IMG/VR virus record: IMGVR_UViG_3300034418_011550
Location: 1-64,000 of that record
Strand: one strand, 5' to 3'
From: a virus
Length of the DNA stretch: 64,000 bases
In this document: positions 1 to 8,928 of the stretch, in pieces
Position numbering within the stretch: position 1 is the first letter of the stretch
How the letters are laid out: every line of letters begins with the position of its first letter
The notes under the pieces: generated by a model
Databases searched by the model: none
The model's input: only the letters and a program-made list of their open reading frames with translations
Told to the model about the DNA's origin: nothing
Position numbers and translations under genes: made by a program

Positions 1-1
1 T

Positions 2-112
2 GAATTTGAACAATATCTTATGAATGTTGAACAAATGCCAGATAAAGAATTAGAAGATGCTATGCGTCAAGAAATGAGTTTCTATTACTATAGTGATGGT
101 GATTCAATTTAA
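2..112 (+). CDS. 3' end of an upstream hypothetical protein (partial)
   Basis: Open frame from base 2 (EFEQYLMNVEQ...YSDGDSI) ending at TAA 110-112, just before the next ATG. Confidence 0.6.
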   Translation, partial: EFEQYLMNVEQMPDKELEDAMRQEMSFYYYSDGDSI

Positions 113-123
113 TAAAAAATAAC

Positions 124-1152
124 ATGCTTAACGAACGCGAACTTACCAAAGCCGAACTCAATAAAAGAGAAGAAGTACTTAAGGATCTTAAGAAACAAAA
201 AAAGTCCTTAGTAAAACGTTATGGTAAAGATGCGGAAGCAGTTATGTATGGTCGTGCAACCAATATTGCCAAAAAACAAGCCGAATCAATGAACAAAGAA
301 AAACTAAAAGAACTCGTTAGAACTTCTTTAACTAAAGAAGCTACTTTTACAGATAAGTATGATGATAATCCTAAATTAAAAGGTAAACAAAAAGATTTAC
401 CTGATGCTTTACAAAAAGGAATCATTAGTAAAAAAGCAAAAGGCGAAGTTAAAGAAGGATTCTACGGATCTTCAGATATTGAAGACGTTACTTATGCTTT
501 AGGATATTCTGATCCCTATGAATTTTTCCAAGACAACCCAGGCGCAATTGATGCACTTATGAGTTGGGTTGAAAGCGTTCCTGAATTTAGAGATATGCTC
601 AAAGATGCTAATCTAATGGAAGATTTAGATTTAGGTCATGAAGACAACGAACCACACATGCTAAAAGCTGACCTATACCGTATTGGAAAATACGCTATGG
701 AATTATACCAGATGGTAGACCAGTTTGAAGGTCCAGGTGAAGTTGATTTTCCTCATTGGTGGCAAGCTAAAATTATTAAAGCTAAAGATTGCTTAGTAGG
801 CGCTAAACATTATCTTGACTTTGAAACTAAAGAACCTCAAATTGATGCTATGTTAGACAAAGTAGAAGACGCTGGTGTATTTGATAATGTAGGTGTTGAG
901 ACTGAGGATGAATTATCTGAAAATAAAAACTTACCTCCTGTTACAAAAGGAAAAGTTCTTGGAGCAGTTAAAGCTAAAAAAATACAACAATCCTTAATTG
1001 ATAAAGGATATGAATTAGGTAAAGATTTTACTGTAGTTCAAGATCGTAAAAACCCAAAAATGTATAACATTTCTCCTGTGTCCCAGAGTAATGATCAGGG
1101 ATTGGGTCTTCTAAAAAAGGTAGAGTTAAGGAACATAAGTGGAAAAATATAA
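124..1152 (+). CDS. Hypothetical modular protein, probable internal head protein
   Basis: 342 aa, highly charged; several (L/I/V)-x-E sites (LNE, TKE, VKE, LME, LSE) appear to separate short modules. Confidence 0.55.
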   Translation: MLNERELTKAELNKREEVLKDLKKQKKSLVKRYGKDAEAVMYGRATNIAKKQAESMNKEKLKELVRTSLTKEATFTDKYDDNPKLKGKQKDLPDALQKGIISKKAKGEVKEGFYGSSDIEDVTYALGYSDPYEFFQDNPGAIDALMSWVESVPEFRDMLKDANLMEDLDLGHEDNEPHMLKADLYRIGKYAMELYQMVDQFEGPGEVDFPHWWQAKIIKAKDCLVGAKHYLDFETKEPQIDAMLDKVEDAGVFDNVGVETEDELSENKNLPPVTKGKVLGAVKAKKIQQSLIDKGYELGKDFTVVQDRKNPKMYNISPVSQSNDQGLGLLKKVELRNISGKI

Positions 1153-1155
1153 ATA

Positions 1156-1674
1156 ATGACTAGAGACGAGTTTAAGGAGAAAATTAAAGTACTTGTAAAA
1201 CAAGTATACAAACCAGATTTTTTATCTGCTGAAGATACTGTCACTTTAGATGCTCCTAAATTTCCTGTCTTAGAAAAATTTCCTTCATTAAAAAATGTTA
1301 TTATTGATTTATTAACAGATCAATATGAATTATTTATAGTTGATATTCAATGGGTAGCACCACGCCCTACTACTTTTAGAATAATTTTAGGCAATGGTGA
1401 ATCATTTTTTATGACTTATACCCCAAGAAGTTGGATAGCTAAAATTGAAGGTAAAAATTATTACTTAGCTAATATTGGAGAAGAAGAACAAGCTACTCAA
1501 ACTTTAGCTAGAGTATTATCTTATGGTCAACAAGCTGAAGGTGAGGCAGGAGCAGAAGCAGGAGCTGAGGCAGGAACTGAAGCAGGAACTGAAACAGCTA
1601 CAGATACTACAACAGAACCAGAAACCCCAGCAGAAGAACCAGCAGAAGAAGAAATCCCAAATCCAGAAGTATAA
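1156..1674 (+). CDS. Hypothetical protein with acidic low-complexity C-tail
   Basis: 172-aa ORF, 3 nt after the previous stop; GAEA/GTEA/PAEE tail. Confidence 0.7.
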   Translation: MTRDEFKEKIKVLVKQVYKPDFLSAEDTVTLDAPKFPVLEKFPSLKNVIIDLLTDQYELFIVDIQWVAPRPTTFRIILGNGESFFMTYTPRSWIAKIEGKNYYLANIGEEEQATQTLARVLSYGQQAEGEAGAEAGAEAGTEAGTETATDTTTEPETPAEEPAEEEIPNPEV

Positions 1675-1680
1675 AAGAAA

Positions 1681-1956
1681 ATGAAAAAATCAGAATTAAA
1701 AAACTTAATCCGTGAAAGAATTTTAAAAGAAGCTGAAGAAACAGCTTTACCTAACCTTGATGGTATTAAAACAGGTGATGCTAAACAAGCAGCTAATTTT
1801 ATTAGAAATAATAAACAAATACAAAAATTAATAGGTAATATTAATAACGCTAATGAGGTAAATGAATTCTTCTCAGTACTTTTAGGTTACATGCAAGACA
1901 TTAAAGGAGTAAATAAACAAAACCTTAAAGGTTTAATAGATGCTAAATTCAAATAA
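1681..1956 (+). CDS. Hypothetical, probable internal head protein
   Basis: Starts MKKSELKNLIRERILKE|A, a leader type shared with ORF 7785. Confidence 0.6.
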   Translation: MKKSELKNLIRERILKEAEETALPNLDGIKTGDAKQAANFIRNNKQIQKLIGNINNANEVNEFFSVLLGYMQDIKGVNKQNLKGLIDAKFK

Positions 1957-3530
1957 TGGATATATTAAGTAAATTTTTAAACAAAGTTGCTTACAAGTTC
2001 CCTAAAGGATATCCTGACATGAATAATGCTCAGGATGTTTTGTTGTTAGAGACATTATTAGATCAATTAATTTTATTTGAAGTCGAGGATAAGGGTAATA
2101 TCCCAGACAATATAAACCAAATAAGATCAGTAATAAATAACCATCCAGAATATAAAGATAGAGTTGAAGCCATACAAATGAAAACTACAAAACGTCCTTT
2201 TATATATGTAAAGGATGTACCAGCTACTAATAGAGATGTTAGGTTAGAAATAACAAAAGATTTAATTAAAAAAGGTTTATTACCCAATGGTGAAATTAAA
2301 AAAGATGATAATGGAGCTTATTATTTAGATGCTGATGGTTATGAAATTTATATAAAAGGAACAGGAAAAGATAAATATGTTACAAATACAGATCAAAAAG
2401 AAGGTCTAGTAGTAGTATTTTATAATGCTTTAAAATCTTCACAAGGATGGAATGAAAATAAAGATCCTTTTAATAAAGATAATATGTCATCTCTACTATC
2501 AGATTTAATTTCTTTAGGAGATAGTATATATAGTGGTCTAGGAGAAACTGCAAAGGGTCAAGTTAAATCCTATTTTGAAAAATTTGATGAAGAATCTCCA
2601 TCTAGTAAATCAGCACAAAGTGTATTAAATGACAATTTATCATCTGCTTTAAGAATATTTAAAGATTATCCTGAAGGAGAAATAATGAGAGATGAAACTT
2701 TTAATAGAATAAAATCCCAACAAGCACAAAAAGCAGGCTTAAAAGCAGATAAAGTAAATCCTGGTGATATCTTTTTAAAAGTTGGTGATATTTCTATACC
2801 CTCAACAGATGAAGTTGATGTAACCGGGTTAGAAGAACTTAATAAAATATTTGTTAATAAATGGGGAGATAAACCTGGTTTAGTAGCAATTTCTTTAAAA
2901 GGAGAAAAAGCACAAGCTGGCAAAGCAAAATCATTTTTAGATAGATTTAAACCCGAAAAAATAAAAGGACAAGTACCAGACATTTATAATTTATCAGATG
3001 AAGAAATAGAATATTCTGATGATCAATTTGATAGTGCTATTAATCAATATAAAGAATCAACATTAGAGAAAATAGGTAGTAGCGAATTTATAGATTATAA
3101 ACCTGGTAAAAACCCAACAAAAACAAGTCAAAAGAAATTTAAATTAGCTGCTTATAAATCTTTAGATTATTTATTTAGACACTTAGAAAAAGAAGGAGCA
3201 TTAACACCTGCTCAAGGTTTAGTTAAAATGACAGCCTTTGGTATGTCTATTACTGACATTAACCCAACATTTTTTAAACTTATAGGTAAAAGCAATGGCT
3301 CAATAGCATCAATCCCAGAAAGAATACCAGCAGGATCAACGGCCCAATTAACCCCAGGAACTAAAATAACTATTGAAGATAAAGATTCATATGGGGGTTT
3401 AAAAATATATGTATCAGTTGATATATTAGAAGGTAAGGACGTATATGCTCAGTATGATTTAGAATTAGTGATGAGAAGTAATGGTAATAAACAAAACACT
3501 ATTGAAATTGAAAAATCAACTAAAAAATAA
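1956..3530 (+). CDS. Putative PD-(D/E)xK-fold nuclease-like protein
   Basis: TDQKEG ... NPGDIF ... VAISLK motif order; TAATG coupling to the upstream gene. Confidence 0.45.
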   Translation: MDILSKFLNKVAYKFPKGYPDMNNAQDVLLLETLLDQLILFEVEDKGNIPDNINQIRSVINNHPEYKDRVEAIQMKTTKRPFIYVKDVPATNRDVRLEITKDLIKKGLLPNGEIKKDDNGAYYLDADGYEIYIKGTGKDKYVTNTDQKEGLVVVFYNALKSSQGWNENKDPFNKDNMSSLLSDLISLGDSIYSGLGETAKGQVKSYFEKFDEESPSSKSAQSVLNDNLSSALRIFKDYPEGEIMRDETFNRIKSQQAQKAGLKADKVNPGDIFLKVGDISIPSTDEVDVTGLEELNKIFVNKWGDKPGLVAISLKGEKAQAGKAKSFLDRFKPEKIKGQVPDIYNLSDEEIEYSDDQFDSAINQYKESTLEKIGSSEFIDYKPGKNPTKTSQKKFKLAAYKSLDYLFRHLEKEGALTPAQGLVKMTAFGMSITDINPTFFKLIGKSNGSIASIPERIPAGSTAQLTPGTKITIEDKDSYGGLKIYVSVDILEGKDVYAQYDLELVMRSNGNKQNTIEIEKSTKK

Positions 3531-3538
3531 TATTTATA
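3529..3538 (+). promoter_or_regulatory. Putative phage late promoter (AATATTTATA)
   Basis: Recurrent motif, 3 nt before ATG 3542. Confidence 0.65.
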
Positions 3539-3541
3539 ACC

Positions 3542-4372
3542 ATGAACCTTAGAAAAGTCATAACAGAAGCATTAATAACTAAAAAAGTAATTAGTGATTG
3601 CAATTGTGGTTGTAAAGCTTCAGAAAAATGTAATAAAGCGCCTATATTAAACGAAAGTGTTGCTCCGCGCGAAATATTGTCTGAAGGTTTAAAATACCAT
3701 ATAGACAATAATAAGCCGCTTACTGAGCATCTTTATCGCGCCGGATCTAAAAATTATTTTAATTTATGGTCAGAAGCAAGAGCATTATATGTTCGTAATG
3801 TATTAGACTTTTCAGGTGATGATTTAGAAATTTTAACTGAAACTCACTTAGGTGAATTTGGTATATTTGAAGGTAAAAAAGTTCCATTAGATTTCATTAT
3901 GGAAGATGAATACCTTGATTTAAATGAAATTAACCTAAAATCAGCTGGTGTTAGAGACGCTATTGAAAAATTAAAAGTTCACTTTAAAGAATTAGGTTTT
4001 CCATCATTAAAAGCCGCTATCGATTTTATCAAAGGTGGTTCAATTGAGGATTGGGAAGAAATTAGAGGTGAATTAGCTGCTTTAAATGAAGAAAAAAAGA
4101 AAAACCCACCATTAAATAAACCCAAAAGAGGTGGATCTAAAGCATATTATGTTTATGTTAAAGATCCTAAAACCAAAAGAATTAAAAAAGTATCATTTGG
4201 TTCAGGTGGATTAAAGGCAAAAATTAATAATCCAAAAGCAAGACAAGCATTTGCAAAGCGTCATAGATGTTCAGAAAAGAATGATAAAACAAAAGCATCT
4301 TACTGGTCATGTCGTTTACCAAGATACGCTAAATTGTTAGGATTAAAGTCTAACTTTTCAGGATTTTGGTAA
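3542..4372 (+). CDS. Hypothetical modular protein with basic Cys-containing C-terminal domain
   Basis: ITE/LNE/LSE sites; C-terminal KKVSFG...AFAKRHRC...ASYWSCR. Confidence 0.7.
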   Translation: MNLRKVITEALITKKVISDCNCGCKASEKCNKAPILNESVAPREILSEGLKYHIDNNKPLTEHLYRAGSKNYFNLWSEARALYVRNVLDFSGDDLEILTETHLGEFGIFEGKKVPLDFIMEDEYLDLNEINLKSAGVRDAIEKLKVHFKELGFPSLKAAIDFIKGGSIEDWEEIRGELAALNEEKKKNPPLNKPKRGGSKAYYVYVKDPKTKRIKKVSFGSGGLKAKINNPKARQAFAKRHRCSEKNDKTKASYWSCRLPRYAKLLGLKSNFSGFW

Positions 4373-4530
4373 AATTAACAGACATATTGAAAGAACTTCT
4401 TCAAGAAAAGAAGAAAAAACGAGACAGATGTCTTCGTATTGCTGACCGTAAATTCAAAAAACCATCAGCATATAAATCAGGCGCTGTAGTTAGATGCCGT
4501 AGAGGAGATATTTGGAAAGGTATAAAATGA
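4366..4530 (+). CDS. Small basic protein (54 aa, TTG start; not in ORF track)
   Basis: MVKLTDILKELLQEKKKKRDRCLRIADRKFKKPSAYKSGAVVRCRRGDIWKGIK; overlaps the previous stop and the next ATG (ATGA). Confidence 0.75.
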   Translation: MVKLTDILKELLQEKKKKRDRCLRIADRKFKKPSAYKSGAVVRCRRGDIWKGIK

Positions 4531-4793
4531 TAAAGTTAACTGACATAATTTTAGAAATTATTAAAGAAGACGAATCATTACATAAATGGTTTAAACGTCA
4601 AGGCACCTCTGGTAAAGAAGGTGGTTGGGTAGACTGTAATACCTGTAGAAAAAACAAAAAAACAGGTAGATTAAAATGTAAAGCCTGTGGTAGAAAAAAA
4701 GGTGAAAAAAGATCTAAATACCCTTCTTGTCGTCCTACCCCATCTCAATGTAAATCAAAAGGTAAAGGTAAAACATGGGGTAAAACAAAATAA
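4527..4793 (+). CDS. Small basic Cys-rich protein
   Basis: Start moved to ATG 4527 (ATGA coupling); MIKLTDIILEIIKE leader; CNTC, CKAC and two further Cys. Confidence 0.75.
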   Translation: MIKLTDIILEIIKEDESLHKWFKRQGTSGKEGGWVDCNTCRKNKKTGRLKCKACGRKKGEKRSKYPSCRPTPSQCKSKGKGKTWGKTK

Positions 4794-4800
4794 TTAAATT

Positions 4801-5226
4801 ATGTTTGATTTAAAAAAATATTTAAATGAAAATAAGCTGTTTGAAGCAGCTATGTCTTGCCCTCTTCCAACCCAAGATTTAGAATTAAACACCAAAAATA
4901 GAAACTCAGCAATTAAAGCAGATTATATCCAATATGGTCCTCTTAATTTAAGCGATGAAGAATATTGGGAAAGAGCAGCTAAACATTGGAATACAACTCC
5001 AGATGTAGCTAAAAAATCAAAATGTAAAAATTGTGTTGCTTTTGATATATCAGAAAGAATGTTAGAATGTATGCCTGGTTCAGTACAAGAAGATGGTTAC
5101 TTAGGATATTGTTGGATGCATAGTTTTAAATGCCATAGTGAAAGAACATGTTATACTTGGGCAGCTGGAGGTCCTATTGATGAAGATAAAGTATCTTATG
5201 ACTGGCAAGAACGTAAAGAAAAATGA
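4801..5226 (+). CDS. Cys-rich protein, possible metal or Fe-S binding (HiPIP-like spacing)
   Basis: CKNCVAF...GYCWMHSFKCHSERTCYTW. Confidence 0.5.
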   Translation: MFDLKKYLNENKLFEAAMSCPLPTQDLELNTKNRNSAIKADYIQYGPLNLSDEEYWERAAKHWNTTPDVAKKSKCKNCVAFDISERMLECMPGSVQEDGYLGYCWMHSFKCHSERTCYTWAAGGPIDEDKVSYDWQERKEK

Positions 5227-5483
5227 GACCATACATTGATTTAGAAGTCACAGACAAATATATTATTAGGGAATTTTCTGAAAACATTGACCCAATAGAA
5301 TTATTGTGGCATCGAGATGATGAAAACAGAACAGTTGAAATAATTGGAGAAACAGATTGGAAGTTACAACTTGATAATCAATTGCCGACTTCTATAAATG
5401 AACCTATATTTATACCAAGACATGAATGGCATCGTGTTATAAAAGGAACAGGAAAGTTAAAACTAAAAATACATAAAGACTGA
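5223..5483 (+). CDS. Small cupin-like protein
   Basis: LWHRD ... IFIPRHEWHRVIKG, the two His-bearing cupin motifs. Confidence 0.55.
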   Translation: MRPYIDLEVTDKYIIREFSENIDPIELLWHRDDENRTVEIIGETDWKLQLDNQLPTSINEPIFIPRHEWHRVIKGTGKLKLKIHKD

Positions 5484-5524
5484 TTCATAGCCAGTCGCCC
5501 GTAAGGGATAAAAAATATGGAGCT

Positions 5525-5554
5525 GTGGCCCACCTTAAAAAGTGGGCCACTTTT
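5525..5554 (+). terminator. Rho-independent terminator
   Basis: GTGGCCCAC-cttaaaaa-GTGGGCCAC perfect 9-bp stem followed by TTTT. Confidence 0.75.
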
Positions 5555-5556
5555 AG

Positions 5557-5587
5557 TTTGGCTTTAAATGTAAAGAATGATATATTA
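5557..5587 (+). promoter_or_regulatory. Putative host-sigma-type promoter TTTGG-N19-TATATTA
   Basis: Identical elements and spacing at 5557, 6955 and 41286; resembles the Bacteroidota -33 TTTG / -7 TAnnTTTG architecture. Confidence 0.55.
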
Positions 5588-5598
5588 AAATGTTAAAT

Positions 5599-6954
5599 AT
5601 GGCAAAGAAAATTGTAATTGTAGGAGCAGGTGTAGCAGGTGTGAATGCTGCTACCAAATTAGTTGACAATGGTTATCCTGGAAAAGACATTACCATTATT
5701 GATATGGGTAATGATCCTTATAACAGGAAACCTGAAGAAGTAATGACTGGTTTCTTAGGAGCCGGTGGATGGTCAGATGGTAAACTTACTTACCATACAG
5801 CAATTGGAGGACAATTGTCTAAGTATGTTGGTGAGAAAAAAGCCATGCAATTAATGGATGAGGTAATTAATAACTTTAAACGTTTCCATCCTAAACCTGA
5901 GGAAGTACAATGTTCAAATCCAGAAGAAGAACCAGAGTTTATTAAGCCATATTTTGGTCTTCGTTTGTTTCCTGTATGGCATGTTGGTACAGATTATCTA
6001 CATGAGATTGGAAAAAATTGGTATGATTATTTAGTATCAAAAGGCATCAATTTTATTTGGAATGAAAAAGTATTCAAAGTTGACTTTGAATCAAATTTAG
6101 TATATTGTACTCATAAGGGTAAACAAGGAGAAAATGCTATTTCTTATGACCAATTGATTTTTGGAGTAGGTAAATCAGGTATTGACTTTGCTCAAGAAAT
6201 TCAAGAAGAATATCAATTAGAAACTGAACCTAAATCAGTTCAAATTGGTGTTCGATTTGAGGCACCACAAAAACATTTCCAAAAACTAATCGACATTAGT
6301 TACGATTTTAAGTTATATCGTAAATTTGAAGATAAAGGTGTTTCGCTTCGTTCATTCTGTACAAATAACAATGCCGCTTATGTTGCTGTAGAAGAAACAT
6401 ATGGAGATCATAGTTACAATGGTCACGCTAAAAAAGATAAAAAATATCTTAATAACATGACTAACTTTGGTATCTTGATGGAAATTAATGGTATTAAGAA
6501 TCCATTTGAATGGTCTCGTAATGTAGTAAATAAGTTACAATTTGGTGGTACTGGTTTATATTATTCTCCATCTCGTACTCCATCTAAAACATCTGAAGGA
6601 AATAAAGTTAGTGCTTTCCAAATTGATAATTTAAATGGTGTTAAACATGTAATGGGACAATATTGGAACTATATTGAAGACTTTATCGAGGATATGAAAA
6701 AAGTATTCCCAACACTTAAAGATGATTGGGGTGTTTATATTCCTGAAGTAAAATATTTGTCACCTGAACCACTTGTTTATGATAGTGATTTAGCTCTTAT
6801 TGATTATCCAAATGTTCACTTTGTAGGAGATGCTTTATCAGCTCGTGGTATTACAGTTTCAGGAGCTCAAGGTATTTTATCAGTTTCTAAAATTCTAAAA
6901 CCAATAGAAGACGAATGGGACAACCATATTGGTGACGTTATTCAATGGCGCTAG
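5599..6954 (+). CDS. FAD-dependent oxidoreductase (COG2509-like)
   Basis: IVIVGAGVAG Rossmann motif, GAGGWSDGKL, HVGTD, LRSFC, FVGDALSARGI. ATG 5599 preferred to 5590. Confidence 0.8.
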   Translation: MAKKIVIVGAGVAGVNAATKLVDNGYPGKDITIIDMGNDPYNRKPEEVMTGFLGAGGWSDGKLTYHTAIGGQLSKYVGEKKAMQLMDEVINNFKRFHPKPEEVQCSNPEEEPEFIKPYFGLRLFPVWHVGTDYLHEIGKNWYDYLVSKGINFIWNEKVFKVDFESNLVYCTHKGKQGENAISYDQLIFGVGKSGIDFAQEIQEEYQLETEPKSVQIGVRFEAPQKHFQKLIDISYDFKLYRKFEDKGVSLRSFCTNNNAAYVAVEETYGDHSYNGHAKKDKKYLNNMTNFGILMEINGIKNPFEWSRNVVNKLQFGGTGLYYSPSRTPSKTSEGNKVSAFQIDNLNGVKHVMGQYWNYIEDFIEDMKKVFPTLKDDWGVYIPEVKYLSPEPLVYDSDLALIDYPNVHFVGDALSARGITVSGAQGILSVSKILKPIEDEWDNHIGDVIQWR

Positions 6955-6985
6955 TTTGGAAATCCATAAAAAAGATGTTATATTA
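6955..6985 (+). promoter_or_regulatory. Putative host-sigma-type promoter TTTGG-N19-TATATTA
   Basis: tttgg 6955-6959, tatatta 6979-6985. Confidence 0.55.
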
Positions 6986-6991
6986 ATGATT

Positions 6992-7240
6992 ATGAATGAC
7001 AAGTATAAACAATCGAAGAGACTTAGAAAAGCAGACGGAACTATTGCTTATGTGTTTGACGGCAAACTTCATAACTGGGAAGGACCAGCTTTAATTCCTG
7101 AAGGTAATGAGCGTAAACGTGAATATTATCTTCATGGCATTCAATACACTGAAGAAGGTTGGAAAGAAGCTCGTCGTAATCGTGAAGGTTTGCCTTGGTA
7201 CAAGACAGCAATGGGTCAAGCAGGACAAAATAGAAACTAA
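6992..7240 (+). CDS. Hypothetical protein with DGKLHxxxGPA motif
   Basis: FDGKLHNWEGPA...EYYLHG; start reassigned to 6992 (or 6986) downstream of the promoter motif. Confidence 0.6.
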   Translation: MNDKYKQSKRLRKADGTIAYVFDGKLHNWEGPALIPEGNERKREYYLHGIQYTEEGWKEARRNREGLPWYKTAMGQAGQNRN

Positions 7241-7242
7241 TC

Positions 7243-7773
7243 ATGAAGATAGGTTTATGTGGAACAATGAGTGTAGGTAAAACTACATTAGTAAATGCTT
7301 TAAAGGAATTACCTGAATTTAAAGACTACAATTTCGCTACTGAGCGTTCTAAATATTTACGTGATTTAGGTATTCCATTAAATACTGATTCAACATTAAA
7401 AGGTCAATTTATATTTTTAGCTGAACGTTGTACAGAACTATTACAAGAAAATATTATCACAGATAGAACTGTAATTGATGTTATGGCATTTACTAAAGCA
7501 GCTAAGTCAATTGATTATTATGATGCTGAAGCATTTTGTGATGCTGCTTATAAATTAGTAGGTGATTATGATTATGTTTTTTATGTTTCTCCTGAAGGTG
7601 TAGAAATGGAAGATAATGGTGTTCGTGAAACTGATTTAGAATATAGAGACTTAATTGATCGTATTATTCAGTTAATTCTATATAGAAGTAATCATAAAAT
7701 TAAAAAACTAGTTGAACTATCAGGAACAACTGAAGAACGTATTGCTAAAATAAAAGAAACAATTTTTGGATAA
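7243..7773 (+). CDS. P-loop nucleotide kinase (NadR/AAA_28 or dNMP-kinase-like)
   Basis: IGLCGTMSVGKTT, ITDRT, YDYVFYV, DNGVRE. Confidence 0.7.
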   Translation: MKIGLCGTMSVGKTTLVNALKELPEFKDYNFATERSKYLRDLGIPLNTDSTLKGQFIFLAERCTELLQENIITDRTVIDVMAFTKAAKSIDYYDAEAFCDAAYKLVGDYDYVFYVSPEGVEMEDNGVRETDLEYRDLIDRIIQLILYRSNHKIKKLVELSGTTEERIAKIKETIFG

Positions 7774-7781
7774 TATTTATA
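7772..7781 (+). promoter_or_regulatory. Putative late promoter (AATATTTATA)
   Basis: taatatttataaccatgaa is identical to the 3528 site. Confidence 0.65.
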
Positions 7782-7784
7782 ACC

Positions 7785-8585
7785 ATGAAAACCTCTGATT
7801 TAAAAGCAGAAATTAAAGAATATATTATAGAAATTTTATCTGAAGATAAAGATAAAGATAAAGTAGTAGCTAAAGGTGAAGGAATTGAACTTACTCAAGC
7901 TCAAATGGATAAACTTCATGCTGGTAAAATAATAAAATTACCTAATGGTAGTACTTTAGCTTTTATTAAAGAAGAAGTAAACGAAGCCTTACTAGGAGCA
8001 GAAGAAGCCATTGAGCAATTCTACGGAGATAAAATAGAACCTGGTACTTTAAAATTAGACTGGTCTTTACCTGGAGGTCAATATACAGCAAAAAGCCTAG
8101 AAGGAGAAGATATCTACTTCGATATGGGTAGACACCACTTTAGAGTATTCAGAATTGAAGACTGGCATGATTATGTAAACAAAGCAAAAGGAATCCCTGT
8201 AGCTAGCTCAGAGCATAGACAGCTAGAAGATGAGTTTAACAAAAAAATGATAGACTACGTACTATTCGGATTACCAGGTAAACAGCCAGAAATGGAAGAA
8301 ACCTTAACCGAAGGAGAAGAAGATGAAGATAGAGAACCAACTAAAGCTGAACTTGAAAAAGAAAAAGTAAAAGGTGCTCCTTCTAAATTTAAAGTAACAA
8401 ATTCTGAATTTGAAGATTTCAAAGACAAATTGAAAACTTTAGTTAAGAAGATTAAAGATATGGAAAAAGGAGAAGCCAAAGATAAAAAAATGGCTGCTCT
8501 AAAACAATTTATTAAAAAACCTGAGTTAGTTAAAGCGTTTAAAGAAAGAGACGTTAAAATTGATACAGGTGGGTTAGTAGGATAA
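7785..8585 (+). CDS. Hypothetical modular protein, probable internal head protein
   Basis: MKTSDLKAEIKEYIIEILSE leader; VNE and LTE sites flank an internal module. Confidence 0.6.
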   Translation: MKTSDLKAEIKEYIIEILSEDKDKDKVVAKGEGIELTQAQMDKLHAGKIIKLPNGSTLAFIKEEVNEALLGAEEAIEQFYGDKIEPGTLKLDWSLPGGQYTAKSLEGEDIYFDMGRHHFRVFRIEDWHDYVNKAKGIPVASSEHRQLEDEFNKKMIDYVLFGLPGKQPEMEETLTEGEEDEDREPTKAELEKEKVKGAPSKFKVTNSEFEDFKDKLKTLVKKIKDMEKGEAKDKKMAALKQFIKKPELVKAFKERDVKIDTGGLVG

Positions 8586-8586
8586 C

Positions 8587-8928
8587 ATGAAAAAATACAT
8601 TATTCAAGGGGTTATAGTTTGGGGAGCTATAGGGTTGCTATGGCTTCTTTTCACCTATACTGATTTAAAAAAATCAAGTAAAGAAAAAGAATATCAAGCA
8701 AAAATTGATTCCCTCCAGATTGAAATAGGCTTGAATAAAGCAAAAATTGACTCTTTATCATCAGCAAAATTAGTCTTAGATTCTTTGGTAGCTGTAGATA
8801 AAGTTAAATTAACCGAAGTTTCTAAAAAAGCAGAAACTTATAGAAAAAAATATAATGAAGAACATAATCGTATTTCTGATATGTCTGATGATGATATCAT
8901 CAGCGAGTTCACAGCAGCGTTCCAGTGA
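8587..8928 (+). CDS. Membrane-anchored coiled-coil protein, i-spanin-like
   Basis: N-terminal hydrophobic helix (GVIVWGAIGLLWLLF) followed by heptad coiled coil. Confidence 0.45.
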   Translation: MKKYIIQGVIVWGAIGLLWLLFTYTDLKKSSKEKEYQAKIDSLQIEIGLNKAKIDSLSSAKLVLDSLVAVDKVKLTEVSKKAETYRKKYNEEHNRISDMSDDDIISEFTAAFQ

